IMG/VR virus record: IMGVR_UViG_3300047494_000112
Coordinates: 96,001 to 160,000 of that record
DNA: 64,000 bases
From: a virus
Strand: one strand, 5' to 3'
Made by a program: the position numbers and the translations under genes. This document shows, piece by piece, positions 1-9,042 of this stretch. Under the pieces are notes generated by a model. It was given only the letters and a program-made list of their open reading frames with translations, did no database searches and was not told where the DNA came from. Every line of letters starts with the position of its first letter. The first letter of the stretch is position 1.

Positions 1-699
1 TCTAATCCTCCATCTGAAACAATCACAAAATGTGCTCAAGCTTATCAATTTTGTAGCAATAAATCTGCAAAGAAAAGACATTCTTGTCCGCATAAATTGA
101 AAGATTGTAAAGGTGACTTTGAATATGTAGAGCTAACTCTTTATTACAATGGTTTATCAGGTCACTGCGATTTACTTTTCAAAGTTGATGGTAAATATTA
201 TCTAGTAGATATAAAAACTACCTCAACTTTTTTATTCGACTCAACCAAACTGGCATTAGACAAAGGCTATTATCCAGCTAAAAAATATTTTCATCAAATT
301 GAATCATACGCAGTAATGCTTGAAAAACAATTTGACATTAAAATCGAGCAGTATGCCATTCTATACGTTTCACGAGACAGGACCAGCACAAAAAGAAAAG
401 GTCATATGCTGTTTGTTCGTAAATTAAATAATAGAATGAGAAGAGAGCGTTGGGAGTTATTAGATAAACAAACAGCCAATAACAAATTGGTTGAAAAATA
501 CGAAAAATCCCAAAGCAAAAAGTTGCTAACTAAGATATGGGAAAATCGTCCCTGTCAAAAGCCTTCTGACTACAAGAATGAAATGGGCCCCAAATTCTTT
601 GACAAGGTTTGTACGTTTCACAAGGACAAGACCTGCTATAGCGGCAAAATTATAAAGACAATAGAGAAAATGTATTCAAACAAAACTGCATCTATCTAA
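1..699 (+). CDS. PD-(D/E)XK (Cas4-like) exonuclease, 5' end outside window
   Basis: Frame 1 is open from base 1; HCDLLFKVDGKYYLVDIKT and QIESYA motifs plus Cys clusters fit the PD-(D/E)XK/Cas4-like fold. Confidence 0.6.
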   Translation, partial: SNPPSETITKCAQAYQFCSNKSAKKRHSCPHKLKDCKGDFEYVELTLYYNGLSGHCDLLFKVDGKYYLVDIKTTSTFLFDSTKLALDKGYYPAKKYFHQIESYAVMLEKQFDIKIEQYAILYVSRDRTSTKRKGHMLFVRKLNNRMRRERWELLDKQTANNKLVEKYEKSQSKKLLTKIWENRPCQKPSDYKNEMGPKFFDKVCTFHKDKTCYSGKIIKTIEKMYSNKTASI

Positions 700-709
700 G
701 GAATTAGTC

Positions 710-1237
710 ATGATACTTTCAGCTCAATCTATTCGTCGCCTTTGTAAATATGAATATCCTAATAAACTACCTCAGGTGCCCTTGTTGGCACCTTATTCTG
801 AAAGTGCTGTTAATTCAGGTATGACCTTTGGCCTTTCATCAGCTGGATATGATATTCGTATTGACCAGGATGTTACCTTATATCCTATCACGCTTGGTAA
901 TCTTATGCTTAAAGCTATTGGTGTTAAACGCTCTTCTTTTGCTTTAGCAAGCTCAATTGAGAAATTTACTATTCCCAAGCATCTTATGCCGTTAGTAATG
1001 GATAAATCAACCTGGGCACGTAGAGGGTTAAGCGTTTTCAACACCTGTGCTGAACCAGGATGGACTGGCTGGCTAACCTTAGAATTAGCTAATAAAAGTG
1101 AGCACGTTTTGGAGATAAGAAAAGGAATGCCTATTGCTCAAATTGTATTCTTTGAGTTAGATCATCCTACTTGTCAACCCTATCAAGGAAAATATCAGCA
1201 TCAAGCTAGAGGTCCTCAACCGGCAATATTAGCATGA
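710..1237 (+). CDS. dcd: dCTP deaminase
   Basis: GLSSAGYDIRI, KSTWARRG, EPGWTGWLTLEL, PIAQIVF and YQGKYQHQ motifs. Confidence 0.9.
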   Translation: MILSAQSIRRLCKYEYPNKLPQVPLLAPYSESAVNSGMTFGLSSAGYDIRIDQDVTLYPITLGNLMLKAIGVKRSSFALASSIEKFTIPKHLMPLVMDKSTWARRGLSVFNTCAEPGWTGWLTLELANKSEHVLEIRKGMPIAQIVFFELDHPTCQPYQGKYQHQARGPQPAILA

Positions 1238-2601
1238 AGCCTACTTTAACAGTATTAGGCTTACAGAGTAGCTCAAAGCATTTCATTCCGCACCACAAAA
1301 TTGTACCTAGCTTATATCTAGGTAGATCTAGATCTATAGATCTAGAAACTAAGAGCGTAATGCACACCCAAGAAGCCGTCCAAAATATTGACTTTTGGAC
1401 ATTGGATTGTGATGCTTTTTACGTTGAGGACTCTTTAGGGTGGACTAAACCCCTGGATGTATCAGGAAATCATTTTGACTATTTCAGTGAGTTTCCAAAG
1501 ATATACAGAGTTGCTCATTCACTCTTTGAAGAAGATAATTTTCTAACAAACGGTTGGACCAAGAACAAACAACACGTTTTAGAGATATACAACAACTTAC
1601 TAATTGCCGATCTAATTTGGGTTAGTCCTGTTCTAGTTGAGATATTGCGTAGAACAATGCCTCAGGTATTGTCAAAGCAACAGATACAGCGAATAGAGAA
1701 AAAGTTTGTTGTTCTACCTCCCCCTGACTACTACAAGTTGGATACTATCTCATCTACTGTAGTTCAGCCTTCACGTAGCTTTAAAAAGGGTTTGGTCTTT
1801 CTTTGGAACCACCGCTTAATATCTCTCAAAAATCCAAAAATGTTCTTTGAGGCCATTGAGACATTTCACAAACAGCATAGCAAGGTTCCGATTGAGATTC
1901 GTATCTGTGCATCAGGCACTGAAAAAGAGGCTAGAGCATTTGTTCCTGAGTCTTTGCAAAAAACTGTAGTATATTCACCTTTTATATCTGATCCAAAAGA
2001 GTACTCAAAATTTATTGAAACAGCCAACATTACTATCGGTACCTCACGAATAGAGTCATTTGGTATCTCCGTATTTGATTGTATTCGTCAAGGCATGACC
2101 TATATTAACACTACACCTAACGAAGCCTTTTCAACAATTGCTGGATCACTAACTACAGTTAATCCTAAAGATGTGCCCGATATAATTTGGAAGTTATATT
2201 CTGATCCTAAAAAACGAGCAGACTGGGACAAAAAGAACATACAAGCATTAAACAGTTTACCTAATTTTGATAAAGCAAAGACAATTTTCAGTAACCGTGT
2301 TGATGAAATTGTACATGGTAAAATACAATCAGCAAAGGGCGACAGGTCAGAGAAGCTAAAAACAGCACTAAAAGTGTTAAGCAAAAAAGCTTTGAGCAAG
2401 CAAGACTTGTATCGTACCTTTGGTTGGGAACCAATGACTACATGCCGCAATGCGTTTTGGGGCGGCTATTATTTCTCTTTGAGAAAAAATGGCATTGATA
2501 CAAAGTTGATAAGTAATAAGCTATATTTTTACTCTGATAAGGCTCACCTAAAGAGTATAAATGAAACAAAGATACAAGCGCCGAAAGGATTATTCAAATG
2601 A
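1234..2601 (+). CDS. GT-B glycosyltransferase, GTDC1/DUF3524-like C-terminal domain
   Basis: LWNHRLISLKNPKMFF and TSRIESFGISVFDCIRQG (GT4-type E-x-F-G donor motif); start overlaps the dcd stop. Confidence 0.75.
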   Translation: MKPTLTVLGLQSSSKHFIPHHKIVPSLYLGRSRSIDLETKSVMHTQEAVQNIDFWTLDCDAFYVEDSLGWTKPLDVSGNHFDYFSEFPKIYRVAHSLFEEDNFLTNGWTKNKQHVLEIYNNLLIADLIWVSPVLVEILRRTMPQVLSKQQIQRIEKKFVVLPPPDYYKLDTISSTVVQPSRSFKKGLVFLWNHRLISLKNPKMFFEAIETFHKQHSKVPIEIRICASGTEKEARAFVPESLQKTVVYSPFISDPKEYSKFIETANITIGTSRIESFGISVFDCIRQGMTYINTTPNEAFSTIAGSLTTVNPKDVPDIIWKLYSDPKKRADWDKKNIQALNSLPNFDKAKTIFSNRVDEIVHGKIQSAKGDRSEKLKTALKVLSKKALSKQDLYRTFGWEPMTTCRNAFWGGYYFSLRKNGIDTKLISNKLYFYSDKAHLKSINETKIQAPKGLFK

Positions 2602-3158
2602 CTCATCCGTTCTTCTTGCTATATGATGGCGAGACACGCAAGAAAGCATTAGCTGAATTGCCTGCCATGATTAACAAGGCTAGAGTAATTTTAGATGGCC
2701 ACCCTTTTGTTAATGCTGGATTATACATAGGCCATAGCGGAGGAAAAGACTCTGTTGCAGTCACTTATCTAACTAGGTTAGTTTTTGGTATTTTGCCTAT
2801 TCTTCATTCGGCTAAACCTAAAGGTGAAAATGCCGTTCATCCTGAAGCACAAAAGCTTATATACGCAATGGGTGAACATCGTCCTGTGTTATTGCATCCT
2901 AGAGACGTTGTGCCTCCTCCAGAATATGCTACTCAGATTGATGGCACAAAAATGTGTGAGTTTGATAGGACTGATGGCAGGCATACAGATGTAATGATTG
3001 ATGGAGAGTTAAAAAGCCGAGCCGAAATGACTTGTTATGTTAAAAATGGTCTGTTTGGCAAGAATTTCATTTTTCCAATTTTTGATTGGCAAGATTATCA
3101 CGTTTGGGCTTTGATCTACAAAGAAAACTTGGCCTTTTCCGGAGAGTATTTAGAATGA
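2598..3158 (+). CDS. PAPS-reductase-family (PP-loop adenylyltransferase-like) protein
   Basis: HSGGKDS PP-loop, QIDGTKMCEFDR, and C-terminal PIFDWQDYHVWALI typical of the family; short (186 aa). Confidence 0.65.
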   Translation: MTHPFFLLYDGETRKKALAELPAMINKARVILDGHPFVNAGLYIGHSGGKDSVAVTYLTRLVFGILPILHSAKPKGENAVHPEAQKLIYAMGEHRPVLLHPRDVVPPPEYATQIDGTKMCEFDRTDGRHTDVMIDGELKSRAEMTCYVKNGLFGKNFIFPIFDWQDYHVWALIYKENLAFSGEYLE

Positions 3159-3820
3159 AAAACGTTTTAATTATTGCACCCCACATTGATGATGAAATGA
3201 TAGGTTGCTGGTCTGTATTTAATAATCCTGAAAATAACGTTAGCATTGTCTGGCTGTACGAATTAACTGAAGCTAGAATGCTAGAAGGAATGAGCTTGAT
3301 CGGTAAAGCTAAATCCACCTTAGATAAATTGGGTACAGGTGAAGCTGTAGCCTTTAAGCATATTGAAAAATATGTATATGATGAGATATATGTTCCTTCA
3401 AGAAAAGACTCTCATTTAGACCACAAGAAAGCAAACTCTTTATTCAGAAAATATGCTACCCATTTCTATTCAGTAGACATGGTTGATGGAAAATACTTAG
3501 GTGAGAAAGTTTCTGGCCAAAAATGGCGTGCATTGGAGGACTGTTATCCAAGTCAAAAGTCTTTATGGGACACAAACGCAAAATACTATCTGTTTGAGTC
3601 TATAACAATGTGTGATTACGATACCTATGAGACCTTTGAACACTGGGACTACTCTATCACAGTACCTGCTGAGTATTGTTCAGAGTGTCTTGAAGCGATA
3701 AAGTCTAAAAGACGAGGTGAATACAATTCACGAGAGATTATGGATAAACTGCTACAAATTTGCCCAACAGGTAAAGTTACGGTTCAATACAACGAGTTAA
3801 CTCTAGTGGCAGAAGGCTAG
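3155..3820 (+). CDS. PIG-L/LmbE-family deacetylase
   Basis: True start is the ATG at 3155 (ATGA overlap); VLIIAPHIDDEMIGC and DSHLDH metal motifs. Confidence 0.7.
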   Translation: MKNVLIIAPHIDDEMIGCWSVFNNPENNVSIVWLYELTEARMLEGMSLIGKAKSTLDKLGTGEAVAFKHIEKYVYDEIYVPSRKDSHLDHKKANSLFRKYATHFYSVDMVDGKYLGEKVSGQKWRALEDCYPSQKSLWDTNAKYYLFESITMCDYDTYETFEHWDYSITVPAEYCSECLEAIKSKRRGEYNSREIMDKLLQICPTGKVTVQYNELTLVAEG

Positions 3821-3822
3821 TC

Positions 3823-4254
3823 ATGAAATACGGAATTGAGGTCGAAGGTAGACTACGTGGTGTCAAAACTTTGTTTATGGATGCAAATGAACCTGTGCAA
3901 AAAGTACTTGATTTTTTGTATAGTGATGAAGGTAGAGGCATAGGTCATATTTATATCTGTGATCATGAGAACACTTTGAATTACAGGCAGGTCGCCTATC
4001 TTTTCAAGGGTTTTCACGTAACATTAGAAGTAAGCAAAGTAGAAGGCCCTGAGTTAAGATTAGGTACAGAAAATCTATCAATCATGTTTAGAATTGACCT
4101 TTGTCCGACAAAAGCAATTTACAAAAGTATCAGTTTACTCAGCAGTCTTTTTGACCAAGTTAAGATTGAAAAAGATAAAAAAGTGTATGTCTTTCCCTTT
4201 AGTAGTGTTATTACAACTTTACCTAATGAGTTTGAAGGTGATGTTGAGATATGA
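3823..4254 (+). CDS. Unknown protein, paralog of 7856..8353
   Basis: Tightly coupled ORF; shares GxEV..GxxTLF, HI(Y/F), G(F/Y)HVTL(E/D) and (V/I)KI(E/D)..FP with 7856..8353. Confidence 0.7.
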   Translation: MKYGIEVEGRLRGVKTLFMDANEPVQKVLDFLYSDEGRGIGHIYICDHENTLNYRQVAYLFKGFHVTLEVSKVEGPELRLGTENLSIMFRIDLCPTKAIYKSISLLSSLFDQVKIEKDKKVYVFPFSSVITTLPNEFEGDVEI

Positions 4255-5366
4255 CCAAAATTTATCTGGTACCTATAGAACCTTTGACTGAACGTTATTC
4301 CGAGTCTTGGTATAGAAATATTCCCGTTGCATTTGAAAATGCTGGTTTTGAGGTAGTTGTAATTGACGGTCATCCATTGTTGAATGACGATATCAAGGTG
4401 GGCACTTTTTTAGATATTTCTAGCACTTGTCACTACAAGGCTAGCCAACTACAAAAAATTGCCAAAATGTTTCATCATGGTGCGATTGATAAAGACTCTG
4501 TTTTCTTTTTCTCGGATATTGAATTTTGGGGAATTGAACAGGTCAGACTATTATCTGACATGAACAAGGTACCGGTGTTTTTAACAGGTTTCTTGCACGC
4601 AGGTTCCTATACTAGAGGGGATGCTTTTGAAATTGCAGCACCATATCAACAATTTACAGAGGTTGGCTGGGTAGCAGCATTAGACATGGTTTTTGTTGGC
4701 TCTGAATATCACAAGCAAGCTTTTTGGGCAAGGCGTCTGAAACCTTTAGGCTTTAATAACGAGTTAATACATAAAATCCATGTTACCAAAAATCCAATGT
4801 TTAAGAGTGATTATACCTTTAAAGGCCTCCCAAAAGAAAAAAGAATGCTGCTAACGAATAGGTTTGATCAAGAGAAAAATTGTGACCTAACAATAGCACT
4901 GTTTGCCAAACTGGCCAAAGAATATCCTGATTGGAAGTTTATTGTCACTACTTCACGAAAGACATTCCGTACAAACTATCCAGAAAAAGACATGGTAAAT
5001 ATCAATCAGTTGATTGAGGAGTCAGGGATAGAGCTAAAAATAGGACTAACAAAAGAGAAATACCATGAAGAGTTAGAGAAAGCAGCAATTGTTGTCTCTC
5101 ACTCACCAGAAGAAAATTATGGCATTTGTGTAGCAGAGAGCGTAATTTACGGCTGTATGCCATTGCTATCAAAATGCGCCTCACATCCATCGTTTGTTGA
5201 TAACGATAATAGGTTAATGTTTTACCTAAATGTACCTGGAGATGATTATGCACAAGCAATACGTTTGATGCACGCTTTTGAGGCTGGCGAGAAATCAACT
5301 CTTAAATTGGATTGGAATGGCATGTCTAACATTATTCAATACATTAACGTCCTGCAAAGGAAATAG
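4251..5366 (+). CDS. GT-B glycosyltransferase
   Basis: IEPLTERYSESW N-terminus; TNRFDQEKN and EENYGICVAESVIYGCMPL GT4-type motifs. Confidence 0.8.
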   Translation: MTKIYLVPIEPLTERYSESWYRNIPVAFENAGFEVVVIDGHPLLNDDIKVGTFLDISSTCHYKASQLQKIAKMFHHGAIDKDSVFFFSDIEFWGIEQVRLLSDMNKVPVFLTGFLHAGSYTRGDAFEIAAPYQQFTEVGWVAALDMVFVGSEYHKQAFWARRLKPLGFNNELIHKIHVTKNPMFKSDYTFKGLPKEKRMLLTNRFDQEKNCDLTIALFAKLAKEYPDWKFIVTTSRKTFRTNYPEKDMVNINQLIEESGIELKIGLTKEKYHEELEKAAIVVSHSPEENYGICVAESVIYGCMPLLSKCASHPSFVDNDNRLMFYLNVPGDDYAQAIRLMHAFEAGEKSTLKLDWNGMSNIIQYINVLQRK

Positions 5367-5368
5367 TA

Positions 5369-5734
5369 ATGAAAACTAGCATTTTTGTAAAGTTTCAGAA
5401 AGAGGGAATACACTGTTATCCAGCTGCGCCAGAAGGCGTGGAATTTCTCAAACATCCTCATCGACACATGTTTCACTTTGAGGTGGAAATTCAGGTTTTC
5501 CACCACGATAGAGATATTGAATTTATTCTTCTTAAACGTGAATTGGAAGCTTTGTATGATGAAAAAGTGCTAGAATTAAACCATCAATCTTGTGAAATGA
5601 TGGCTAGCTCTCTATATGATTATTTAATTGGCAAGTATTCAAAACGCGATATAAAAATTACGGTGTCAGAGGATGGTGAGAATGGCGCAATACTAACCGT
5701 GCCATACGTTGAGAATGAATTTGTAGCTAATTGA
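5369..5734 (+). CDS. QueD-like (6-pyruvoyl-tetrahydropterin synthase / T-fold) protein
   Basis: EGIHCYP..HPHRHMFHF..DRDIEFI..SCEMMA..VSEDGENG; adjacent to folE. Confidence 0.7.
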   Translation: MKTSIFVKFQKEGIHCYPAAPEGVEFLKHPHRHMFHFEVEIQVFHHDRDIEFILLKRELEALYDEKVLELNHQSCEMMASSLYDYLIGKYSKRDIKITVSEDGENGAILTVPYVENEFVAN

Positions 5735-5738
5735 GGAT

Positions 5739-6308
5739 ATGCTTGTGAATAAAGAAGATATACTACCGGAAGTGACAGCATTAATTGCCAAAATGTATCC
5801 AAGTTATTTGGAAGATCCAAATTTGGCAGAGACGCCTGCTAGAATTGCAAAAATGTATTGTGAGGAATTGTTTGCTGGTTCATTTACTGAACCTCCTAAG
5901 CTAACAGTTTTTCCAAATACAAAAAAGTACAATCAGCTTATAATTGTTCCTGATATAAATTTCTCTAGTGTCTGTTCTCACCATTGGCTTTCATTCATGG
6001 GATTTGCAACAATTGGAATTTTATTGAATGAAGATTCTAGTTTTTTGGGACTATCTAAATATGCTCGTTTAGTAGATTGGTTTGCTAGACGTCCTCAGGT
6101 ACAAGAAAATCTAACTGAGGAAATTGCTGATTATATTAATGAGACCTTAAAGCCTGCTGCTTTAGGTGTGTACATCTCTGCAAATCATTTATGTGCAGTT
6201 GTTAGAGGTATAAAACAGCCAACCTCTACAATGATTACTACTGCTCTGCGTGGTGAAATGTTAACCAGCCCGTATCTTAAATCTGAATTTTTGGCTAGAT
6301 GTAAATGA
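5739..6308 (+). CDS. folE: GTP cyclohydrolase I
   Basis: ETPARIAKMY, SVCSHH, GLSKYAR, RRPQVQE and HLCAVVRG motifs. Confidence 0.95.
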   Translation: MLVNKEDILPEVTALIAKMYPSYLEDPNLAETPARIAKMYCEELFAGSFTEPPKLTVFPNTKKYNQLIIVPDINFSSVCSHHWLSFMGFATIGILLNEDSSFLGLSKYARLVDWFARRPQVQENLTEEIADYINETLKPAALGVYISANHLCAVVRGIKQPTSTMITTALRGEMLTSPYLKSEFLARCK

Positions 6309-6309
6309 T

Positions 6310-7848
6310 ATGATTAAAGATTTAGTTCAATATATTCCAGCAGCACTCTTTAATCCTGCTCATTCAGGAACCGGAGTTTATATAAAGTATCACGCTCTAA
6401 GAAATGAACCACCTAAACTCTTAAAGTACAAAACTGAATACACTCACTTGGATACTCCCGATAGAGAGTTGTTACTTGTCAACGACAACAATCGACTCGG
6501 AAATACCAGACCTTTGGATGAAGGATTTGATGAATTTGTTTCTTTTTCTCCTATGCATCTGAGTTCAAAAGATTCAGGCATGAAGTGGGGAATGATGAAT
6601 TACCTTCAAAATCTCAATCCCAAGTATAATCACCATTTCATGGATGCTTATAAAGATATTCCTGATCGTGTGAAGATTATTTCTGACTCTGGTGGGTTTC
6701 AACTTTCTAGAGGCAGCGTTTCTTTTATTAATCCTGAAAAATTGGCTATATGGTACAGTACCACCTGTGACGTAGGCATGACTTTGGATGTTCCTTTAGG
6801 TCGAGAAGGTAGCAGCAAATACTTGAAAGAGTCTGGAAAGATACAAAAGAAAAACAATGAAAAAATGCTGGAAACTTTTTCAAAGCTAAATAGTCCTACA
6901 AAGCTCATGAACGTTTTGCATGGATTAAATGAATCAGAGTATGAGCTGTATCACAAAATTGTGTATGAGCCGACTGTGGATAAACTTGCAATTGGTGGTG
7001 TCTATCACTCTTCATTAGTTACATCCACCAAGCTGATCTATAATTTAATGTTTGAGTCTGATATAGGCAAGCACTACAATCACGTCCATATCTTAGGCGT
7101 ATTTAATAACAAAATATTGCCAATCTATTATTGGATTTTCAAATTAGCAAATGAGAAGCGCAAGAAACCAATTCTACTAACTTCTGATTCTTCTACTGCA
7201 ATCCAACAAGCAGTAGCCAAAACATATTTTATGGCTCACAATTACGACGAGCCTTATCAGTTTCAAAAATTAGGTACAACGTTTCAGACAGGACATCTTC
7301 CATCGAGAGTAATTTCATCACCTTTTAGAACATTAAACTGTTGCTGTCCTGTTTGTGCAGCCCTGAAATATACTGACCTATTTACTTTCTGCACAGGTCA
7401 AGCCATAAACTCAGCATTAACGTACCATAACAATTGGCAGTTTAGTCGCTATACCAATTTCATGAATGAAATGCTGCAAAAGCTTGATTTTGAACAGTAT
7501 CGAGATTTGGTTGCAAGACAAATTGGAAAGAGAGCTTCTAGAGACACTTTGGATGCTCTTGATTTTGTTAATCATGCACATAAACATGGTTTGAAGTCAG
7601 CACATAGTAGGTTTCATCACTATTTTAGAAATCTGTTTTCTTTTTCAAAAGAATTAGCTGAAGAAAAAACCATTAAGAAAAAAAGAGACGAATTTTTGGT
7701 GACTGTGTTTGACAAGTATAACAAATATCATAAAACAGGAAAGGCTCCTGAAACCGTTAAAATTATGCTTGACAAAAAAGTAGGTAATCTGGCTCAAAAG
7801 TCAACTTCCTCTAATAAAAAAGCGAAAAAAATCTCAATTAAAAAGTAA
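6310..7848 (+). CDS. tRNA-guanine transglycosylase / DpdA-like 7-deazaguanine insertase
   Basis: DSGGFQL, MTLDVP, HVHILG, TSDSST (candidate catalytic Asp) and CCCPVC...YHN zinc site of the TGT fold; next to folE/queD-like. Confidence 0.8.
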   Translation: MIKDLVQYIPAALFNPAHSGTGVYIKYHALRNEPPKLLKYKTEYTHLDTPDRELLLVNDNNRLGNTRPLDEGFDEFVSFSPMHLSSKDSGMKWGMMNYLQNLNPKYNHHFMDAYKDIPDRVKIISDSGGFQLSRGSVSFINPEKLAIWYSTTCDVGMTLDVPLGREGSSKYLKESGKIQKKNNEKMLETFSKLNSPTKLMNVLHGLNESEYELYHKIVYEPTVDKLAIGGVYHSSLVTSTKLIYNLMFESDIGKHYNHVHILGVFNNKILPIYYWIFKLANEKRKKPILLTSDSSTAIQQAVAKTYFMAHNYDEPYQFQKLGTTFQTGHLPSRVISSPFRTLNCCCPVCAALKYTDLFTFCTGQAINSALTYHNNWQFSRYTNFMNEMLQKLDFEQYRDLVARQIGKRASRDTLDALDFVNHAHKHGLKSAHSRFHHYFRNLFSFSKELAEEKTIKKKRDEFLVTVFDKYNKYHKTGKAPETVKIMLDKKVGNLAQKSTSSNKKAKKISIKK

Positions 7849-7855
7849 GGAATTT

Positions 7856-8353
7856 GTGATGAAAAAAATGTATGTAGGTGAAGAAGTAGGTAACACTCCA
7901 ATGTATGGAACACAAACTTTGTTTGTAGTAGGCTTGCAAGATTATGTTAGTGTTATTTCTGCTGCCGAAGCAAATGAATGTGATCATATCTTTTTAGGAG
8001 CAAATTTTAGCTTTAATCCAGAGGATGATCAAGATGAATTTAATGATTGGGAAGAGTTGATCTTTAATCTGTTGGATAGTCCTTTTGGCTACCATGTAAC
8101 TTTGGATATAGAAATTCCCAAATATAGCGTTTTTATCAAAGATATGGTCAAGAAATTTCCTGACAATTTTTATCCTTTGCTGTCCGTTAGATTGCCTAAT
8201 ATACTAGAATACGGTCCAAATGCGACTATAAAAATTGATGACATTGGATTCAACAAGACTAATCCAGGTATCTGGTGTTTTCCTTTGGATGATAGCTTAA
8301 AGGATTGGGGGTTTTTCAACACTTGGGATGAAATGATAAATAACACGGTTTAA
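7856..8353 (+). CDS. Unknown protein, paralog of 3823..4254
   Basis: VGEEVGNTPMYGTQTLFVVG, DHIFLGAN, GYHVTLD, IKIDD..GIWCFP. Confidence 0.7.
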   Translation: MMKKMYVGEEVGNTPMYGTQTLFVVGLQDYVSVISAAEANECDHIFLGANFSFNPEDDQDEFNDWEELIFNLLDSPFGYHVTLDIEIPKYSVFIKDMVKKFPDNFYPLLSVRLPNILEYGPNATIKIDDIGFNKTNPGIWCFPLDDSLKDWGFFNTWDEMINNTV

Positions 8354-8423
8354 TACGTGGTTCGGAATATATAATTTTACTTACGGACTAATTTTCATAA
8401 GGACTATTATATATGGAGCGCAC

Positions 8424-8969
8424 ATGGTTGATAACGTTACCGCTCACATTCTTAATGTTTTAGCAGCAAAAAAGAAAACTTCACAAACAATTGTTGACCC
8501 TAGAAGAGTAGCAATTGCTTTACCCAATTCTAGAGTGCCTAAAGCTGATTCAGTTGTGAGCTTCAAATACCTATTAATGAATAGCATTAAGTATCAGCCA
8601 GATGAAGCTAACTCTGAACATGTTACGCTCCGTTCTTTGGCTAAAAAGAATTTCAAGAATGGGTCCATTGGAGCTGTAGGTTCAACTTTGACGGACTTGC
8701 CTCAATATCGTCAAAAGCACAAATGGGATCAGACTCTTCGCTGCACACCAGCAAGCTATCGTGGTAAAATAATTGACTGCCCTTCAATTGTATTCAACTG
8801 TTCATGCCCTCGGTTCACGTTTGTCTGGAATTGGGTTCTCTGGGCCAAGTCAGCATCAGTTTTAAATGCTACAAACGAGCCGCCTGACATTACTAATCCT
8901 CGCAAGCTAATTGGGGGATGCAAGCACGCGATTATTTTTCTTCAAGCAATCAAAAAACGCGGTATGTAA
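8424..8969 (+). CDS. SWIM-type zinc-finger protein
   Basis: CSCPRF...GCKH (CxC...CxH) pattern. Confidence 0.5.
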   Translation: MVDNVTAHILNVLAAKKKTSQTIVDPRRVAIALPNSRVPKADSVVSFKYLLMNSIKYQPDEANSEHVTLRSLAKKNFKNGSIGAVGSTLTDLPQYRQKHKWDQTLRCTPASYRGKIIDCPSIVFNCSCPRFTFVWNWVLWAKSASVLNATNEPPDITNPRKLIGGCKHAIIFLQAIKKRGM

Positions 8970-9042
8970 ATTCATCTGGCTAGAAATCTAGTTTCAGAAT
9001 AATTAGCAGTCAAGCTGCTTTATTAAAAGGACTAAAAACAAA

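Noticed and set aside
1-699. Cas4-like nuclease suggesting a CRISPR locus
   Set aside because: No repeat-spacer array or other cas genes in the window; stand-alone PD-(D/E)XK nucleases are common in phages.
1327-1346. 20-bp perfect palindrome TCTAGATCTATAGATCTAGA inside glycosyltransferase 1
   Set aside because: Low-complexity TAGATC repeat within coding sequence (RSRSIDLE); no second instance or context supports a function.
2598-3158. DndC / phosphorothioation system
   Set aside because: Too short, and no other dnd/ssp genes or cysteine desulfurase nearby.
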